A stretch of DNA of 64,000 bases from an uncultured virus (IMG/VR IMGVR_UViG_3300025529_000005) (IMGVR_UViG_3300025529_000005), one strand, 5' to 3'; counted from the stretch's first letter, positions 1-9,939 are shown. The notes: a model not told the origin generated them from the sequence alone. A program made the numbers and translations.

Positions 1-40
1 GCTCCTCGGCTAATCTTGATTGTGGTTGTTGTTTCAGCCA

Positions 41-187
41 TTATTTCACCGCTCCCTTCTTCCGCTGGTTAAACTGATCCGGCATCCGCAGCACATACTC
101 CCGCCCGGAGACGCGGATTATGGTCGGGACGCCCTTCTTGACTTTGAGAACGGTCACGACCGGACGGTATTTGTCACCGCGGTTCAT
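41..187 (-). CDS. small hypothetical phage protein (48 aa)
   Basis: Read by hand: MNRGDKYRPVVTVLKVKKGVPTIIRVSGREYVLRMPDQ...; overlaps upstream gene end. Confidence 0.55.
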   Translation of the reverse strand: MNRGDKYRPVVTVLKVKKGVPTIIRVSGREYVLRMPDQFNQRKKGAVK

Positions 188-584
188 GTTGCATCACCGC
201 CGCACCGATTTCTGCCAACAACGTTCTCGCCCTGCGCCCACCGTCATTGATCTCTCTGCCACGTGCCATGCGCTCGTAAAACCGCAAACACTCGACCAGC
301 TTCTCCCGTTGCTCAGCTTCCTTTTTCAACCGCTCATAGAATACTTCGCTTGAGGATTTGTACATGTTCCGTTCCTGTTCCAACTCGCACAACTCCGCCA
401 CATGCGCGTTATGTGCGGCGCGTTCTTCGGCGTATTCGCGTTCCAAACTCTCCAGTTCGGAGAGGAGGAAACGACACCGATTATCAGTTATAGTTCCGAC
501 AGTATATTTTCCTTTCGCGCGTTCCAACGCTTCCCGTATCTCCGCAATCTTCTTTTCCCGTTCTATTGCTTCGCTCATATTCAT
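174..584 (-). CDS. hypothetical coiled-coil phage protein (mosaic family)
   Basis: N-terminus near-identical to 54181..54594, C-terminus to 53861..54184. Confidence 0.75.
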   Translation of the reverse strand: MNMSEAIEREKKIAEIREALERAKGKYTVGTITDNRCRFLLSELESLEREYAEERAAHNAHVAELCELEQERNMYKSSSEVFYERLKKEAEQREKLVECLRFYERMARGREINDGGRRARTLLAEIGAAVMQHEPR

Positions 585-636
585 TCGCTCATCACCGCCA
601 GTAGAGCCATTTGCTCTCTTGTGAGTCCGTCTGTGC

Positions 637-978
637 TCATGCCGGTTCCTCCTTCAGCTTTCGGAACACTTCCCGTTGTTGGTTGATTAGCCTTTTTATC
701 GCCTTATTCTCATAATTCACAAGCGTTAATTTCTCAAGTACCTTAAAGCCTTGATTTTTCACGTCAACAAATCTATCTTCGGTCATTCCAAGTGCTGAAA
801 TTGGAATTGGCACATCGTCCTCGTCTGCAATTTCTTTCGCTAACTCAAAATCATACAATCCGGCAGTTTCAAGGACGGCAGTATATCCTTGTTCGTTTGG
901 TCCCCAAAACAAATGTGCATTACCGCCGAAAAACATATCCCGATGTCGCAAACAAACGATCACGAACTTTTTACTCAT
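637..978 (-). CDS. hypothetical phage protein
   Basis: Same protein as in 54647..54988; RBS upstream. Confidence 0.75.
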   Translation of the reverse strand: MSKKFVIVCLRHRDMFFGGNAHLFWGPNEQGYTAVLETAGLYDFELAKEIADEDDVPIPISALGMTEDRFVDVKNQGFKVLEKLTLVNYENKAIKRLINQQREVFRKLKEEPA

Positions 979-982
979 CCCT

Positions 983-1273
983 TTACTCCTCCAATCCGGC
1001 GAGTTCGAACAGTCTGTCCGTTAAATTGTAATCTCCATCAACAGTCGCACCTTGAATGAAAATCCGATAGTCCTCCATCGCCAACCGCCACTCCAGCACC
1101 TTGCGGGCGACTTCCTGCGGGGATTCGGAAACAAAGCAAACACCAGACACTGTATTGATTTGGGAATATCCATTATCTCCCGGTTCGATTGATATGATTT
1201 GTTCAGGAGCAATATAGACATCCCCTTTAAACCGTATCATTTGTTTCCGTCTCCTTTCTCGACTTCTTCCCAA
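983..1273 (-). CDS. FlbD-like small phage protein
   Basis: YIAPEQIISIE...VSESPQEV pattern; paralog 54993..55238. Confidence 0.55.
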   Translation of the reverse strand: MGRSRERRRKQMIRFKGDVYIAPEQIISIEPGDNGYSQINTVSGVCFVSESPQEVARKVLEWRLAMEDYRIFIQGATVDGDYNLTDRLFELAGLEE

Positions 1274-1414
1274 TATACGTCATAACGTGCGGCTCCGCTT
1301 AAAATACCTTCTTTTGTTTTTACAGCGAAATATCCACCATATTTTTCCCGTAAAAATTCCCGAAAATCTCCTTCGCAAATTTGGAGAACTGCGCCGTCTG
1401 ATCTTCGCACAAGC

Positions 1415-1810
1415 CTATACATCGTTCCCGTCTCCTTCCGGTGCGTTGATGCTGATTTCACATCCGCAACACGGGCATTCAATCCGCTTCACCTTCGCCG
1501 CATTGGTCGGTTCGCTCGTGGTGGAGAGGGCTTCGTCGATGATCCGTTCGACGCGTTCAATCGCGTTTGTGGGATCGCCCCAGCGCAATTCCGATTGTGC
1601 CATCTCCAACGCCGCCCTAAGACGCTGGATTTCTTCCTGCTGGTGCTTGATTAACCCTTCACGTGCCCAGTATGCGTTGACATGCTCCATCTCTGGGGCA
1701 TCGAATGCGCCGGATTCAAGGCGATCTCGAAACGACTCAATCCATGGCGATTTGTATCTGCGGTCGTCTAACCACTCCAACACCGCTTTCTTGATCAGGT
1801 ATTCACTCAT
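1415..1810 (-). CDS. hypothetical phage protein with C-terminal CPCC-x-C
   Basis: ORF track; in the operon run. Confidence 0.65.
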   Translation of the reverse strand: MSEYLIKKAVLEWLDDRRYKSPWIESFRDRLESGAFDAPEMEHVNAYWAREGLIKHQQEEIQRLRAALEMAQSELRWGDPTNAIERVERIIDEALSTTSEPTNAAKVKRIECPCCGCEISINAPEGDGNDV

Positions 1811-1825
1811 GCGTGTTCGCTCCTT

Positions 1826-2176
1826 TCAAAACGGCAATTCGTTCGTCTGGTCGAGCGGATCGCTCTTCCATCCCAGACGTTCTCTCAGCCATTCTTTAGC
1901 AATACGCTCTTTCTCGGCTGCGGTCAGTTCTTTTTGCCGCTCTATTCCGACAATTCGCTTGATCGGAAAATACGCGCCGCATAACTTGAACAAACTTGCA
2001 AGCGAACCGTCGTTGGATTCCACCCGAATCGGGTTTGTAACGGCTTTTCCTGTTTGCTTCCCCCGGATGGTTTCACAAATAACGGTATCTCCCAATCGAA
2101 CGATGTTACTTAACGCCGTGCAATCGAACACATATCTTTTTCCTGCATTTTGATGTTCAACGAGAACGATGTACAT
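1826..2176 (-). CDS. hypothetical phage protein
   Basis: ORF with AAGGAG RBS. Confidence 0.65.
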   Translation of the reverse strand: MYIVLVEHQNAGKRYVFDCTALSNIVRLGDTVICETIRGKQTGKAVTNPIRVESNDGSLASLFKLCGAYFPIKRIVGIERQKELTAAEKERIAKEWLRERLGWKSDPLDQTNELPF

Positions 2177-2192
2177 AGTTCATTCGCTCCTT

Positions 2193-2477
2193 TCACATCT
2201 CACATTTCCGGCAGTCGTTGCCGTAGACGGTGGATTCGTCCAAAATCTTTTGAACCGCCTTTTTAACTTCCACCGCCGAAAACATGACGTAAATCGTTCC
2301 GTCTCCAAAATCGTTCACGATTTCGCCAATTGGTCCGCCTTTCCAAAGTCGCCGAGTATCCGTCTTGCCCCAACGTCCGGGGATACGAAAACCAACTGAC
2401 GCCTGATCTCCAGCAAGCTCAATCTGTTTGTCACAGTGTTTGATGATCTCTTCTGGTGTCATCCACTTTCCCTCCAT
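2193..2477 (-). CDS. hypothetical phage protein with DESTVYGNDC tail
   Basis: ORF track; tail shared with 58404..58664. Confidence 0.65.
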   Translation of the reverse strand: MEGKWMTPEEIIKHCDKQIELAGDQASVGFRIPGRWGKTDTRRLWKGGPIGEIVNDFGDGTIYVMFSAVEVKKAVQKILDESTVYGNDCRKCEM

Positions 2478-2764
2478 CCAACCTCAACATCATGAATGTC
2501 GAACCCAATCAATAGCGCACGAATCCTCTTTTTTCGATATGGCTGAACATACACTCTGTAACACGGTTCCCATCCCGGCCCACCGTACAATGACCATGCT
2601 CCGCTCGTCGTCGAAAGAAATCCGTGCTGTTCAATCTCTCCGGCAATTGTCGCTTTTACCGGTATTATCTGACCAAACGTGTTTTCGACCATCAACGTAA
2701 CCTTTGTTCCGATAGGAATTGAGCGAAACATTTCAACTAAATCCACTCGCTTTCCCTCCCTCAA
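2459..2764 (-). CDS. hypothetical phage protein
   Basis: ORF in operon run. Confidence 0.6.
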   Translation of the reverse strand: MREGKRVDLVEMFRSIPIGTKVTLMVENTFGQIIPVKATIAGEIEQHGFLSTTSGAWSLYGGPGWEPCYRVYVQPYRKKRIRALLIGFDIHDVEVGWRESG

Positions 2765-3021
2765 TTCAATCTCCGTATATCGTTCAAAATCATGTTCGCT
2801 AACGTTTCCATCTCGTCCGGCTTGTGATACATCGTCGGATTGTGCATAAGCATATTGACAATTCCGTTATAATCGTTGTATCCGATTAACGCCGTCGAGA
2901 GTCTGAAACGCGGTATGGATATGACCAAAGTTCCATGTTCACCTTTGGTATAGAAAACACCTATGCCGCCTTCCCAATCGTTTAAGTCATAGGTTTTGTG
3001 ATAAGCTGTTGTTTGTTTCAT
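2761..3021 (-). CDS. hypothetical phage protein
   Basis: ORF in operon run. Confidence 0.6.
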   Translation of the reverse strand: MKQTTAYHKTYDLNDWEGGIGVFYTKGEHGTLVISIPRFRLSTALIGYNDYNGIVNMLMHNPTMYHKPDEMETLANMILNDIRRLN

Positions 3022-3033
3022 GCTCTCACTTCC

Positions 3034-3459
3034 TCAGAAAGGTAAATCATCATTCGATATATCAACTGGTCTGCTATCATCGTAGAATGGGTCACCGCCA
3101 TATCCTCCGCCGCCAGAAAAATTGCCTTTGTTGTCCTTATTCGCACTTTCTAGGAAGCGGACGTTATCGGCAACGACTTCAGTCACCCATACTTTGCGGC
3201 CTTCGTTGTTTTCATATGAGCGCACTTGAATTTTCCCTTCGACAGCTGCTAACCTACCCTTCCGTAAATAGTTCGCGCAATTTTCAGCGAGTTGTCTCCA
3301 TACAACGATTGGAATAAAATCTGTTTCCTTTTCTCCGTTTTGATTCTTATATCCCCTGTCCACTGCCAACGTAAAATTGGCTAAAGCCACACCAGTTGGT
3401 GAATACCTCAGTTCGGGATCCTTTGTTAAACGGCCAATCAGCACAACTCTATTGAGCAC
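3034..3459 (-). CDS. ssb: single-stranded DNA-binding protein
   Basis: [19 protein letters not shown] start, acidic DDLPF tail. Confidence 0.97.
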   Translation of the reverse strand: MLNRVVLIGRLTKDPELRYSPTGVALANFTLAVDRGYKNQNGEKETDFIPIVVWRQLAENCANYLRKGRLAAVEGKIQVRSYENNEGRKVWVTEVVADNVRFLESANKDNKGNFSGGGGYGGDPFYDDSRPVDISNDDLPF

Positions 3460-3479
3460 TTTCTATCATCCCTTCTTGT

Positions 3480-4286
3480 TTATATTGCCACCGGCGCTTT
3501 TATCGCTGGATGCGGGTCATAACCTTGAAGTGTTATATCTTCATATCGAAAATCATCTATATCCGTTATGTCAGGATTCAAAATCAGTTTAGGAAGTTTG
3601 CGCGGTTCCCTTTGCAATTGTGTGTTAACTTGTTCTAAGTGATTCAAATAGATATGTGCATCTCCAAGCGTATGAATAAATTCACCAACGCCTAATCCGG
3701 TAACTTGTGCAATCATATGTGTTAATAGCGAATAGCTGGCAATATTGAACGGTACACCAAGAAATGCGTCTGCGCTGCGCTGATAGAGTTGGCAAGACAA
3801 CTTCCTATCCGATACATAAAACTGAAACAAGCAATGACATGGAGCTAATGCCATTTGGTCAAGTTGTTCAACATTCCATGCCGATACAATTAAACGTCGA
3901 GAATTAGGATTTTCTCGTATCTGGCGGATAACGCCAGCAATTTGATCGTATGAAACGGATGCTTTCGGCCATACTGTAGTCGGCCATCTACGCCACTGCT
4001 CTCCGTAAATCGGACCAAGGTTTCCGTTTTCGTCCGCCCATTCATCCCATATGGTCACGCCATGGTCATTCAAATATTTGATGTTCGTATCTCCGCGCAA
4101 GAACCATAGCAATTCATAAACCACTGATTTCCAATGCACTTTTTTTGTCGTAACAAGCGGAAACCCATCTTCCAAGTTAAACCGCATTTGATAGCCAAAT
4201 ATACTTATCGTTCCGGTTCCTGTCCGATCTTCTTTTCTCTTTCCGTTCGCCAAAATATCTTTTAACAAAGCGTGGTATTGTTTCAT
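3480..4286 (-). CDS. thyA: thymidylate synthase
   Basis: DRTGTGT, ALAPCH catalytic Cys, [14 protein letters not shown]. Confidence 0.97.
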   Translation of the reverse strand: MKQYHALLKDILANGKRKEDRTGTGTISIFGYQMRFNLEDGFPLVTTKKVHWKSVVYELLWFLRGDTNIKYLNDHGVTIWDEWADENGNLGPIYGEQWRRWPTTVWPKASVSYDQIAGVIRQIRENPNSRRLIVSAWNVEQLDQMALAPCHCLFQFYVSDRKLSCQLYQRSADAFLGVPFNIASYSLLTHMIAQVTGLGVGEFIHTLGDAHIYLNHLEQVNTQLQREPRKLPKLILNPDITDIDDFRYEDITLQGYDPHPAIKAPVAI

Positions 4287-4297
4287 TTTTCAGTCTC

Positions 4298-4978
4298 CTA
4301 ATCATCAAAAAATCCATACCCATACGGGATTTGCGGTTTATCAAGTTGCGCTTCGATAACATCTTTCATAAGATTTGCAAATACAGCCATTTCCCGTTCG
4401 TCCAGTCCGTCAATCAATCGGATCTCCGCGGATTTCAGCTTCCGCCCGGCGGCAGTTGAAAGAAGATTTACTATCGGTTCTATCTCAGCCATGCGCCGGC
4501 GGCGTTCTTCTTCTGCTTCCCGGATGGCTGCTTGTTTCCGATTGTATTCCCCCCAATCCTGTTCATCGAACCAGAAGAAATCCCCGTATTTCTCACGGTA
4601 CACGCTGATCCAATATTGAAGTTCCGCCTCATTGGTTTGGATTCGATCATGGCACGGCCAGCAAAGGCGAAGCCCGTTCGTCTTGACTCCGCGCCCGCCG
4701 CGCCCTCTCGGATAGACATGATGCGTCGTGGTGTCGGGATTCTTTCGGCAGGATTGACATAACCCTCCAGCTTCTGCAATCAATTCTTTTATCACTTTGC
4801 GCGGAAACTCTCCGCGATCCGCAGTTGACGCTTTGGGCTGATGGTGAGCAAGGATGTTTTCCCGCCACGGTGCTACGGGTTTCTTTTCCTTTTTCCGTTG
4901 AAGGCTGTTATACGGTTTCTTTTCCTTCTGTTGCTTTACCGGTTTAGGAAGCATCATCTCTTGCTCACCACCTTTCAA
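4298..4978 (-). CDS. HNH endonuclease
   Basis: CQSC...HHVYPRGRGG...NGLRLCWPCH. Confidence 0.85.
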   Translation of the reverse strand: MKGGEQEMMLPKPVKQQKEKKPYNSLQRKKEKKPVAPWRENILAHHQPKASTADRGEFPRKVIKELIAEAGGLCQSCRKNPDTTTHHVYPRGRGGRGVKTNGLRLCWPCHDRIQTNEAELQYWISVYREKYGDFFWFDEQDWGEYNRKQAAIREAEEERRRRMAEIEPIVNLLSTAAGRKLKSAEIRLIDGLDEREMAVFANLMKDVIEAQLDKPQIPYGYGFFDD

Positions 4979-5196
4979 AATTCAATTTCCATCTGAACTA
5001 CTTTTTCCGATTGTTTCCTACTGTACTTTTCCTTATATTTTGGCCCGATACCAGTTCGGCGGTACTTCGTATTTTTAAGCCTACGCCGACATGCGAGACA
5101 ACGGTTGTATTCCTTTTTAACCGCATCCACTTGTAGCACCTTCTTCTTGCAACGCTCTCCGAACACCGTATTGGAGCATTTCGGAGTTCTTGACAA
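4975..5196 (-). CDS. DUF6011-like small protein
   Basis: RCLACRRRLK...GIGP motif; start uncertain. Confidence 0.45.
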   Translation of the reverse strand: MSRTPKCSNTVFGERCKKKVLQVDAVKKEYNRCLACRRRLKNTKYRRTGIGPKYKEKYSRKQSEKVVQMEIEF

Positions 5197-5488
5197 ACTC
5201 GATGATTTCCGCCGCGATCATTCCGCATGACTTCACTTCCAGGTCCGTCCAATCCGGATTCGTGCAAACCCTATACTTCAACACCAAGAAGTAATTCCCG
5301 ATCTCGATATGCGCCGTATATTTTGTTTCGATCACCGTTTTGTCCTTGAATGGTGTTGATGTGTATTCCGTGACCGAAAGAAGCTTCGCGAAAGGGAACC
5401 TCCCCATTTCTTCTTCAACACTTTGGCGCAAAATCTCTGGCGCTTCATCCAGCGTGATATATCTCAATATGTTCACCTGCTTTCTCAA
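5117..5488 (-). CDS. hypothetical protein
   Basis: ORF track. Confidence 0.55.
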   Translation of the reverse strand: MRKQVNILRYITLDEAPEILRQSVEEEMGRFPFAKLLSVTEYTSTPFKDKTVIETKYTAHIEIGNYFLVLKYRVCTNPDWTDLEVKSCGMIAAEIIEFVKNSEMLQYGVRRALQEEGATSGCG

Positions 5489-5517
5489 GATATCCGGTTT
5501 GTTCCACCCGGGAGCCG

Positions 5518-6429
5518 TCAGGCTCCCGGTGTTTTTGTTTCTTCAATTTCGGCGTATGAATATTTAAGCGTAAACGGTACATTGGGGATCTTTGTTTCGA
5601 CCGTCTTTGGATTCGCTTTTACAACCACCCTCCAATTCCCGCGAATCTTTACGAGATATCCAACCTTTATATTTTCTTTGTTGTACTGCACACCGCCAAT
5701 TTCATCTAATGCGTTTTGAAAGTAGGCCAGTTTATCAATCTCGTATTCCATTTTTTCCAGTAAACTTTCTAGCCAATTGCTGTTATTCTGTTCTTCTGCT
5801 GTTGCAATAAGTTTTTTAAATTTTCTAATATTGGCGTTACATTCCTCGATCCTGTTATTTAAATATGCTTTATCCTGCAATCGAGCCATGCTTGCCGTTT
5901 GTTGTGCTGTCATAGCTTTTTGGCGGAAGTATTCCGACTTTCTGTATTCTTCAAAACCCTTATGATAGCGGTCATAAATACGTTGTCGCTGCCGGGCAAA
6001 CCGTTCCGATCCTGCGTGTCCAGCAATAATAGGTTGAGTGAAAAATGCAATATCATGTTCCTTAAATCTTTCATTCATTTCTGCTTGTAAAGCTTCTGCG
6101 CGCTTTTCGGCGTTGTTTGCATATTGCTCGTATCGTTCAGCTCGGCGTTCCGCCTTTTCAGCTTTTCGCTCAACTTCTTCGGCGAAACTTAAACGTTCGC
6201 CAATTTTGCCGCCATCCATGAATCCCAATTGTTTAGCAATGCGAATCGCCATGTAATGGTCTTTCGTGCTTTTCGATATCCAAGCACCGGCATATCTGCT
6301 CCAAGAGAAAAAGCGTTTTAATTTCGATTTCAAATTTTCTGGAAGCGCAGCATACTCCGACTTTTCAAATCGCAATTCAATCCTGTTGGTTCCGCGGTTT
6401 AACACATATTGCTTTTCTGTTACATCCAT
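5518..6429 (-). CDS. DUF3560-like protein
   Basis: RKAEKAERRAERY...QPIIAGHAGSE pattern. Confidence 0.7.
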   Translation of the reverse strand: MDVTEKQYVLNRGTNRIELRFEKSEYAALPENLKSKLKRFFSWSRYAGAWISKSTKDHYMAIRIAKQLGFMDGGKIGERLSFAEEVERKAEKAERRAERYEQYANNAEKRAEALQAEMNERFKEHDIAFFTQPIIAGHAGSERFARQRQRIYDRYHKGFEEYRKSEYFRQKAMTAQQTASMARLQDKAYLNNRIEECNANIRKFKKLIATAEEQNNSNWLESLLEKMEYEIDKLAYFQNALDEIGGVQYNKENIKVGYLVKIRGNWRVVVKANPKTVETKIPNVPFTLKYSYAEIEETKTPGA

Positions 6430-6539
6430 CCTCGTTACCCTCCCACATTTACCGTCCGCCGACGATTATTCGTTTATTCGTTATTTCGTTATTTCTGATA
6501 TAAGTATATTACCCATATACGTAATTGTCAATACTAATA

Positions 6540-6553
6540 TTCGTAATTGCGAA
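6540..6553. promoter_or_regulatory. putative operator in divergent promoter region
   Basis: TTCGTAATTGCGAA, palindrome with one mismatch, between DUF3560 and HTH genes. Confidence 0.45.
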
Positions 6554-6594
6554 AAATTATATTATGTGCTATTCTTTCGGTAGGAGGGTTGTGT

Positions 6595-6816
6595 ATGAAG
6601 GTAAACGTCAGGTTGAATGAAGTCCTTAAAGAACGAAATATGACGCAAAAAGAACTGTCCGAGCTTACAAAGATTCGTCCTGCTTCCATAAGCGATCTTT
6701 GTAACAATGTCCGAACTGCCATTAATCGTGAACATCTAGCAAAGGTGGCGGAAGCACTAAATATAACGGACATTCGAGAATTGATCGAATTGAGGGATGA
6801 GGAGCATAAGGGATAA
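6595..6816 (+). CDS. XRE/HTH_26 transcriptional regulator
   Basis: MTQKELSELTKIRPASISDL HTH; AGGAGG RBS before ATG 6595. Confidence 0.85.
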   Translation: MKVNVRLNEVLKERNMTQKELSELTKIRPASISDLCNNVRTAINREHLAKVAEALNITDIRELIELRDEEHKG

Positions 6817-6844
6817 ATAAACTCTCTTATGCTCCTTTTACCTT

Positions 6845-7507
6845 TCAGTGATTTTGCGATACGCCCACAATACCCGCAATCAGATATTCCACACACGGCA
6901 AGGCCAAACTATTTCCGATTGCCTTATATCGTGCGCTATCGCTGATCTCTTTACCGTCATGGCCGTACCTACTCCAATCATCAGGAAAGCCCTGAAGTCT
7001 TTCGCATTCTTTCGGAGTCAAACGCCTTACCGTTTGCTTCACTCGTACAGGATTGGTGTAATTCAATGAGTAGCCTCCCGTTTCTTTCGCTTGTAATGTA
7101 CCGGATACATCACCGTTTTCGTTCAGGTTTCGGCAATCTACCGATGCGATTAAGTCACCTGTTGTAATGTCATCACAAGCCATGAGTGTTTTACTTTTCT
7201 CTGTTGGTTCATATTCCCTGAAGGATTTAAATCCGAAGCAGACTGTTGGTGCTTGATTTAGTGATGATCCTGCCGCTTTAAGAGTTGGGGTCACGCTTTC
7301 GCTGTATGACAACCAAGATTTTGCGCCATTGCCACCCGCGAACACTCCAATGGCAACGGCGTGTCGGTCTGCGCTTGTGAGTGTATATGCCAGTTCTTCC
7401 TGCACACCTAACCCATTTCCACCATTCTGTGGCTGGCGATCAATCGTATTTGCAGCAATGCATATCGCTGTATAATCTGTCACCCGACTTTGATGATCTC
7501 CCGTCAT
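6845..7507 (-). CDS. C5-cytosine DNA methyltransferase C-terminal part (TRD, motifs IX-X)
   Basis: RRLTPKECERLQGFPDDW...RYKAIGNS; ATG overlaps TGA of N-terminal part. Confidence 0.8.
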   Translation of the reverse strand: MTGDHQSRVTDYTAICIAANTIDRQPQNGGNGLGVQEELAYTLTSADRHAVAIGVFAGGNGAKSWLSYSESVTPTLKAAGSSLNQAPTVCFGFKSFREYEPTEKSKTLMACDDITTGDLIASVDCRNLNENGDVSGTLQAKETGGYSLNYTNPVRVKQTVRRLTPKECERLQGFPDDWSRYGHDGKEISDSARYKAIGNSLALPCVEYLIAGIVGVSQNH

Positions 7508-8018
7508 GTGCAACTTGTTCTTCCGTCTCCGTTTCCTCGGCAGTCATAGACCAGTGGCGCGTTTCTTCCGCTTGCATTGCTGTTTGTGTTGAGTGTGTAA
7601 GCAACGTCACTTGTTCTGATTTCTCCGTTTGCGTTTTGGTTAACCCCGCTTGTGCTTCTAATGCCGCTTTCAACATTTCCGGCAAATCCTTCCCCCGCCG
7701 CTCCGCCCGTCGCAAAATACCGAGACACGCCCTCGGGCTTAAATAATACTTCTGCGGCACGTTGTCCTCCAAAATCTGCGACAAGAAAGATTCTCTTGCG
7801 ACGTTGGGGGACTCCCCAAAATTGGGCATCCAAGATGCGCCATGCAACGTCACATCTTCCGCCTCGCACCATTCCAGCGTTTGCCCATCTTCCAGAGGCA
7901 GGCATTGGAATTTCGGTGTTACAGAAGGATTGGAGCACGGCTCTAAAATCCAGCCCGTCATTTGATGACAAAGCTCCTGGGACGTTTTCCCAAATAGCCC
8001 AAGTTGGATATAAACCAT
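7440..8018 (-). CDS. alternative-frame C5-MTase beta-like polypeptide
   Basis: LSQILEDNVPQKYYLSPRACLGILRRAERRGK resembles the M.EcoHK31I-type beta polypeptide; GGGAAG upstream of ATG. Confidence 0.6.
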   Translation of the reverse strand: MVYIQLGLFGKTSQELCHQMTGWILEPCSNPSVTPKFQCLPLEDGQTLEWCEAEDVTLHGASWMPNFGESPNVARESFLSQILEDNVPQKYYLSPRACLGILRRAERRGKDLPEMLKAALEAQAGLTKTQTEKSEQVTLLTHSTQTAMQAEETRHWSMTAEETETEEQVAHDGRSSKSGDRLYSDMHCCKYD

Positions 8019-8340
8019 TAGTTGCTTCCCTCATTTCCTCGATGATTCGGATTGCTTCGCTGAACAGACCCGATCTCGCTCCTGCAAGTCCTGCTCGTTT
8101 TCCTGCCACACTTAAATCTTGGCAAGGACTGCCGAACGTGATAATGTCAACTGGCTCAATCTCCGCGCCGTTAATCTTTGTTATGTCGCCCAAATGTTTC
8201 ATGTTTGGGAAGTGTCGTTTCGTGATGCTGATCGGCGCTGATTCGATTTCGCTTGCCCAAACCGGTTCTATCCCGTACCATGTGGCGACGAGAGGGAATC
8301 CGCCGATTCCATCGAACAGTGAACCTAATTTCATATCCAC
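7504..8340 (-). CDS. C5-cytosine DNA methyltransferase N-terminal part (motifs I-VIII)
   Basis: SLFDGIGG, GSPCQDLS, WENVPG, QRRKRIF. Confidence 0.92.
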   Translation of the reverse strand: MDMKLGSLFDGIGGFPLVATWYGIEPVWASEIESAPISITKRHFPNMKHLGDITKINGAEIEPVDIITFGSPCQDLSVAGKRAGLAGARSGLFSEAIRIIEEMREATNGLYPTWAIWENVPGALSSNDGLDFRAVLQSFCNTEIPMPASGRWANAGMVRGGRCDVAWRILDAQFWGVPQRRKRIFLVADFGGQRAAEVLFKPEGVSRYFATGGAAGEGFAGNVESGIRSTSGVNQNANGEIRTSDVAYTLNTNSNASGRNAPLVYDCRGNGDGRTSCT

Positions 8341-8579
8341 TCACCCGAATATCCAGGTACAAAGATTGTTCCGTTTTCGATCACCATTGATAATTGATTT
8401 TCATCCTCAATCCCCATGAATGCTTCGATTTCGCTAACGGTTGAAAGTATGGGAAATGCACAGAATTTCATGTCGTCCGGCTTCATATGGGAGATCAATT
8501 CTTTCTCGCCTTTATCAAATATCACCATGATCGGTTGATCTTTGCTGTCATAGATTCGGTTGCCGATTTTCACTTTCAT
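8331..8579 (-). CDS. hypothetical phage protein
   Basis: ORF in operon run. Confidence 0.6.
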   Translation of the reverse strand: MKVKIGNRIYDSKDQPIMVIFDKGEKELISHMKPDDMKFCAFPILSTVSEIEAFMGIEDENQLSMVIENGTIFVPGYSGEWI

Positions 8580-8586
8580 GCTTCGT

Positions 8587-8834
8587 TCATCCTTTCGTTG
8601 TGTCGATTGTCACTTCATGAATTCCATCCCACAGTTCCCGGATTTCAGCAGCCTTCGCCACTACCGCATCTTTTGTTTGGGAGTCAGTACAATATCCATG
8701 GCCTCTTGATAGTGCTTCGCGGCCAGTTCATAGGCTCTCGTATGCATATAGTTGAGTTCGTCCCGAAGCACGCTGGCCGTCATTTTCTTTAGTCGTTTCA
8801 GTTCGTTTCGGATTTGATCGCGATTCAGTTTCAT
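8587..8834 (-). pseudogene. small ORF broken by apparent 1-nt loss in an A-run
   Basis: MKLNRDQIRNELK...TPKQK then continues DAVVAKAAEIRELWDG in the adjacent frame. Confidence 0.45.
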
Positions 8835-9235
8835 TCGCTCACCTTCTCAAATTCCACCTCAAGTCTGGGATTCGTCTTGTCAATCTTGTAATCCATCACC
8901 CTTGGTAACGCATACTTGTCATTTTCATAGATTAGCGCATCCTCAAATGCGTCCAACAGTACTTTCAAGCCATTATGCGTATCGCCATGTCTGTTAGACT
9001 TGAAGTAAAACCAAAGGCGGACGATAACCTTTCCCTTTGCTGTTTCCCATTTGTTTTCAGTGCGCCAAACTGAAGTAGTGATAACCGTATCGTCGAACCA
9101 CTTTTGCGCCTCTTTGTTCAATACACGTATACGCTTCATTCGTCTTTTTCCTTGTTTGTCGTAATAGTAAATTACTCTGTTGGCATACATGTGATTGACC
9201 GATGGAGGCAATTCATTAATGATGAGCCGCTCCAC
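8831..9235 (-). CDS. RusA-family Holliday junction resolvase
   Basis: LPPSVNHMY, DTHNGLKVLLDAFEDALIYEND. Confidence 0.85.
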   Translation of the reverse strand: MERLIINELPPSVNHMYANRVIYYYDKQGKRRMKRIRVLNKEAQKWFDDTVITTSVWRTENKWETAKGKVIVRLWFYFKSNRHGDTHNGLKVLLDAFEDALIYENDKYALPRVMDYKIDKTNPRLEVEFEKVSE

Positions 9236-9426
9236 ATTTCCACCTCCAGCTAGATCAAAATGTAAGCGTTTGATTTTGCCTTATAAGACGCTTTTTTGTT
9301 TCGTGCATTGGAATATTGTTTATCTTTTTACAATGGCAAAAACAACGTTTCTCTCAGGTAAAAACGACTTTTGCAGACGAGTGGCATATACCGCCGCACC
9401 GCCAATCTTAAACTTAATCATGTCGT

Positions 9427-9924
9427 TCACTTCCCACTACTCCCGAATCCTTTTTCTCCGCGGTCAGAATCACTTAATTCATCCGCTTCAACCGGTTCTA
9501 ATAAAGCACATGGCAAGATAATCAGTTGAGCCACCTTATCGCCTTTCCTTACCTGATATGGTTTATCTTTTGTGTTATACAGAAGGATTCCGATTTCTCC
9601 CCTATATCCCGCGTCTATCGTGCCATCAAAACTGAATATCCCATGTTTGAATGCTAACCCACTGCGGCTAGATACTTTTCCGTAATAGCCCTGCGGTATT
9701 TCTACCGCAAGGCCCGTTTTTATTTTTGCTTTTCCGATTTCAGTTGGAAGGTATGGTAGAAAACCGCATTCCATATTCCCCATAACTCTCCCTTCTAGTC
9801 CTGTCATCGTTGGAGGAATAACAACGTCCTCCAAAGCATATAAATCAAGTCCTACATCAATAGGATTTGCCCTTGTGGGAATGATTACATCTGGATGAAG
9901 TTTCTTAAATCGCAATTGTTTCAT
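9427..9924 (-). CDS. dut: trimeric dUTPase
   Basis: GLDL, SRSGLA, GTIDAGYRGEI, RGEKGFGSSG. Confidence 0.95.
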   Translation of the reverse strand: MKQLRFKKLHPDVIIPTRANPIDVGLDLYALEDVVIPPTMTGLEGRVMGNMECGFLPYLPTEIGKAKIKTGLAVEIPQGYYGKVSSRSGLAFKHGIFSFDGTIDAGYRGEIGILLYNTKDKPYQVRKGDKVAQLIILPCALLEPVEADELSDSDRGEKGFGSSGK

Positions 9925-9939
9925 AGTTCGTCATCTCCT

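Noticed and set aside
1..1500. Terminal redundancy or circular overlap of one 54-kb phage
   Set aside because: Copies differ by SNPs and gene content and are followed by different replication modules
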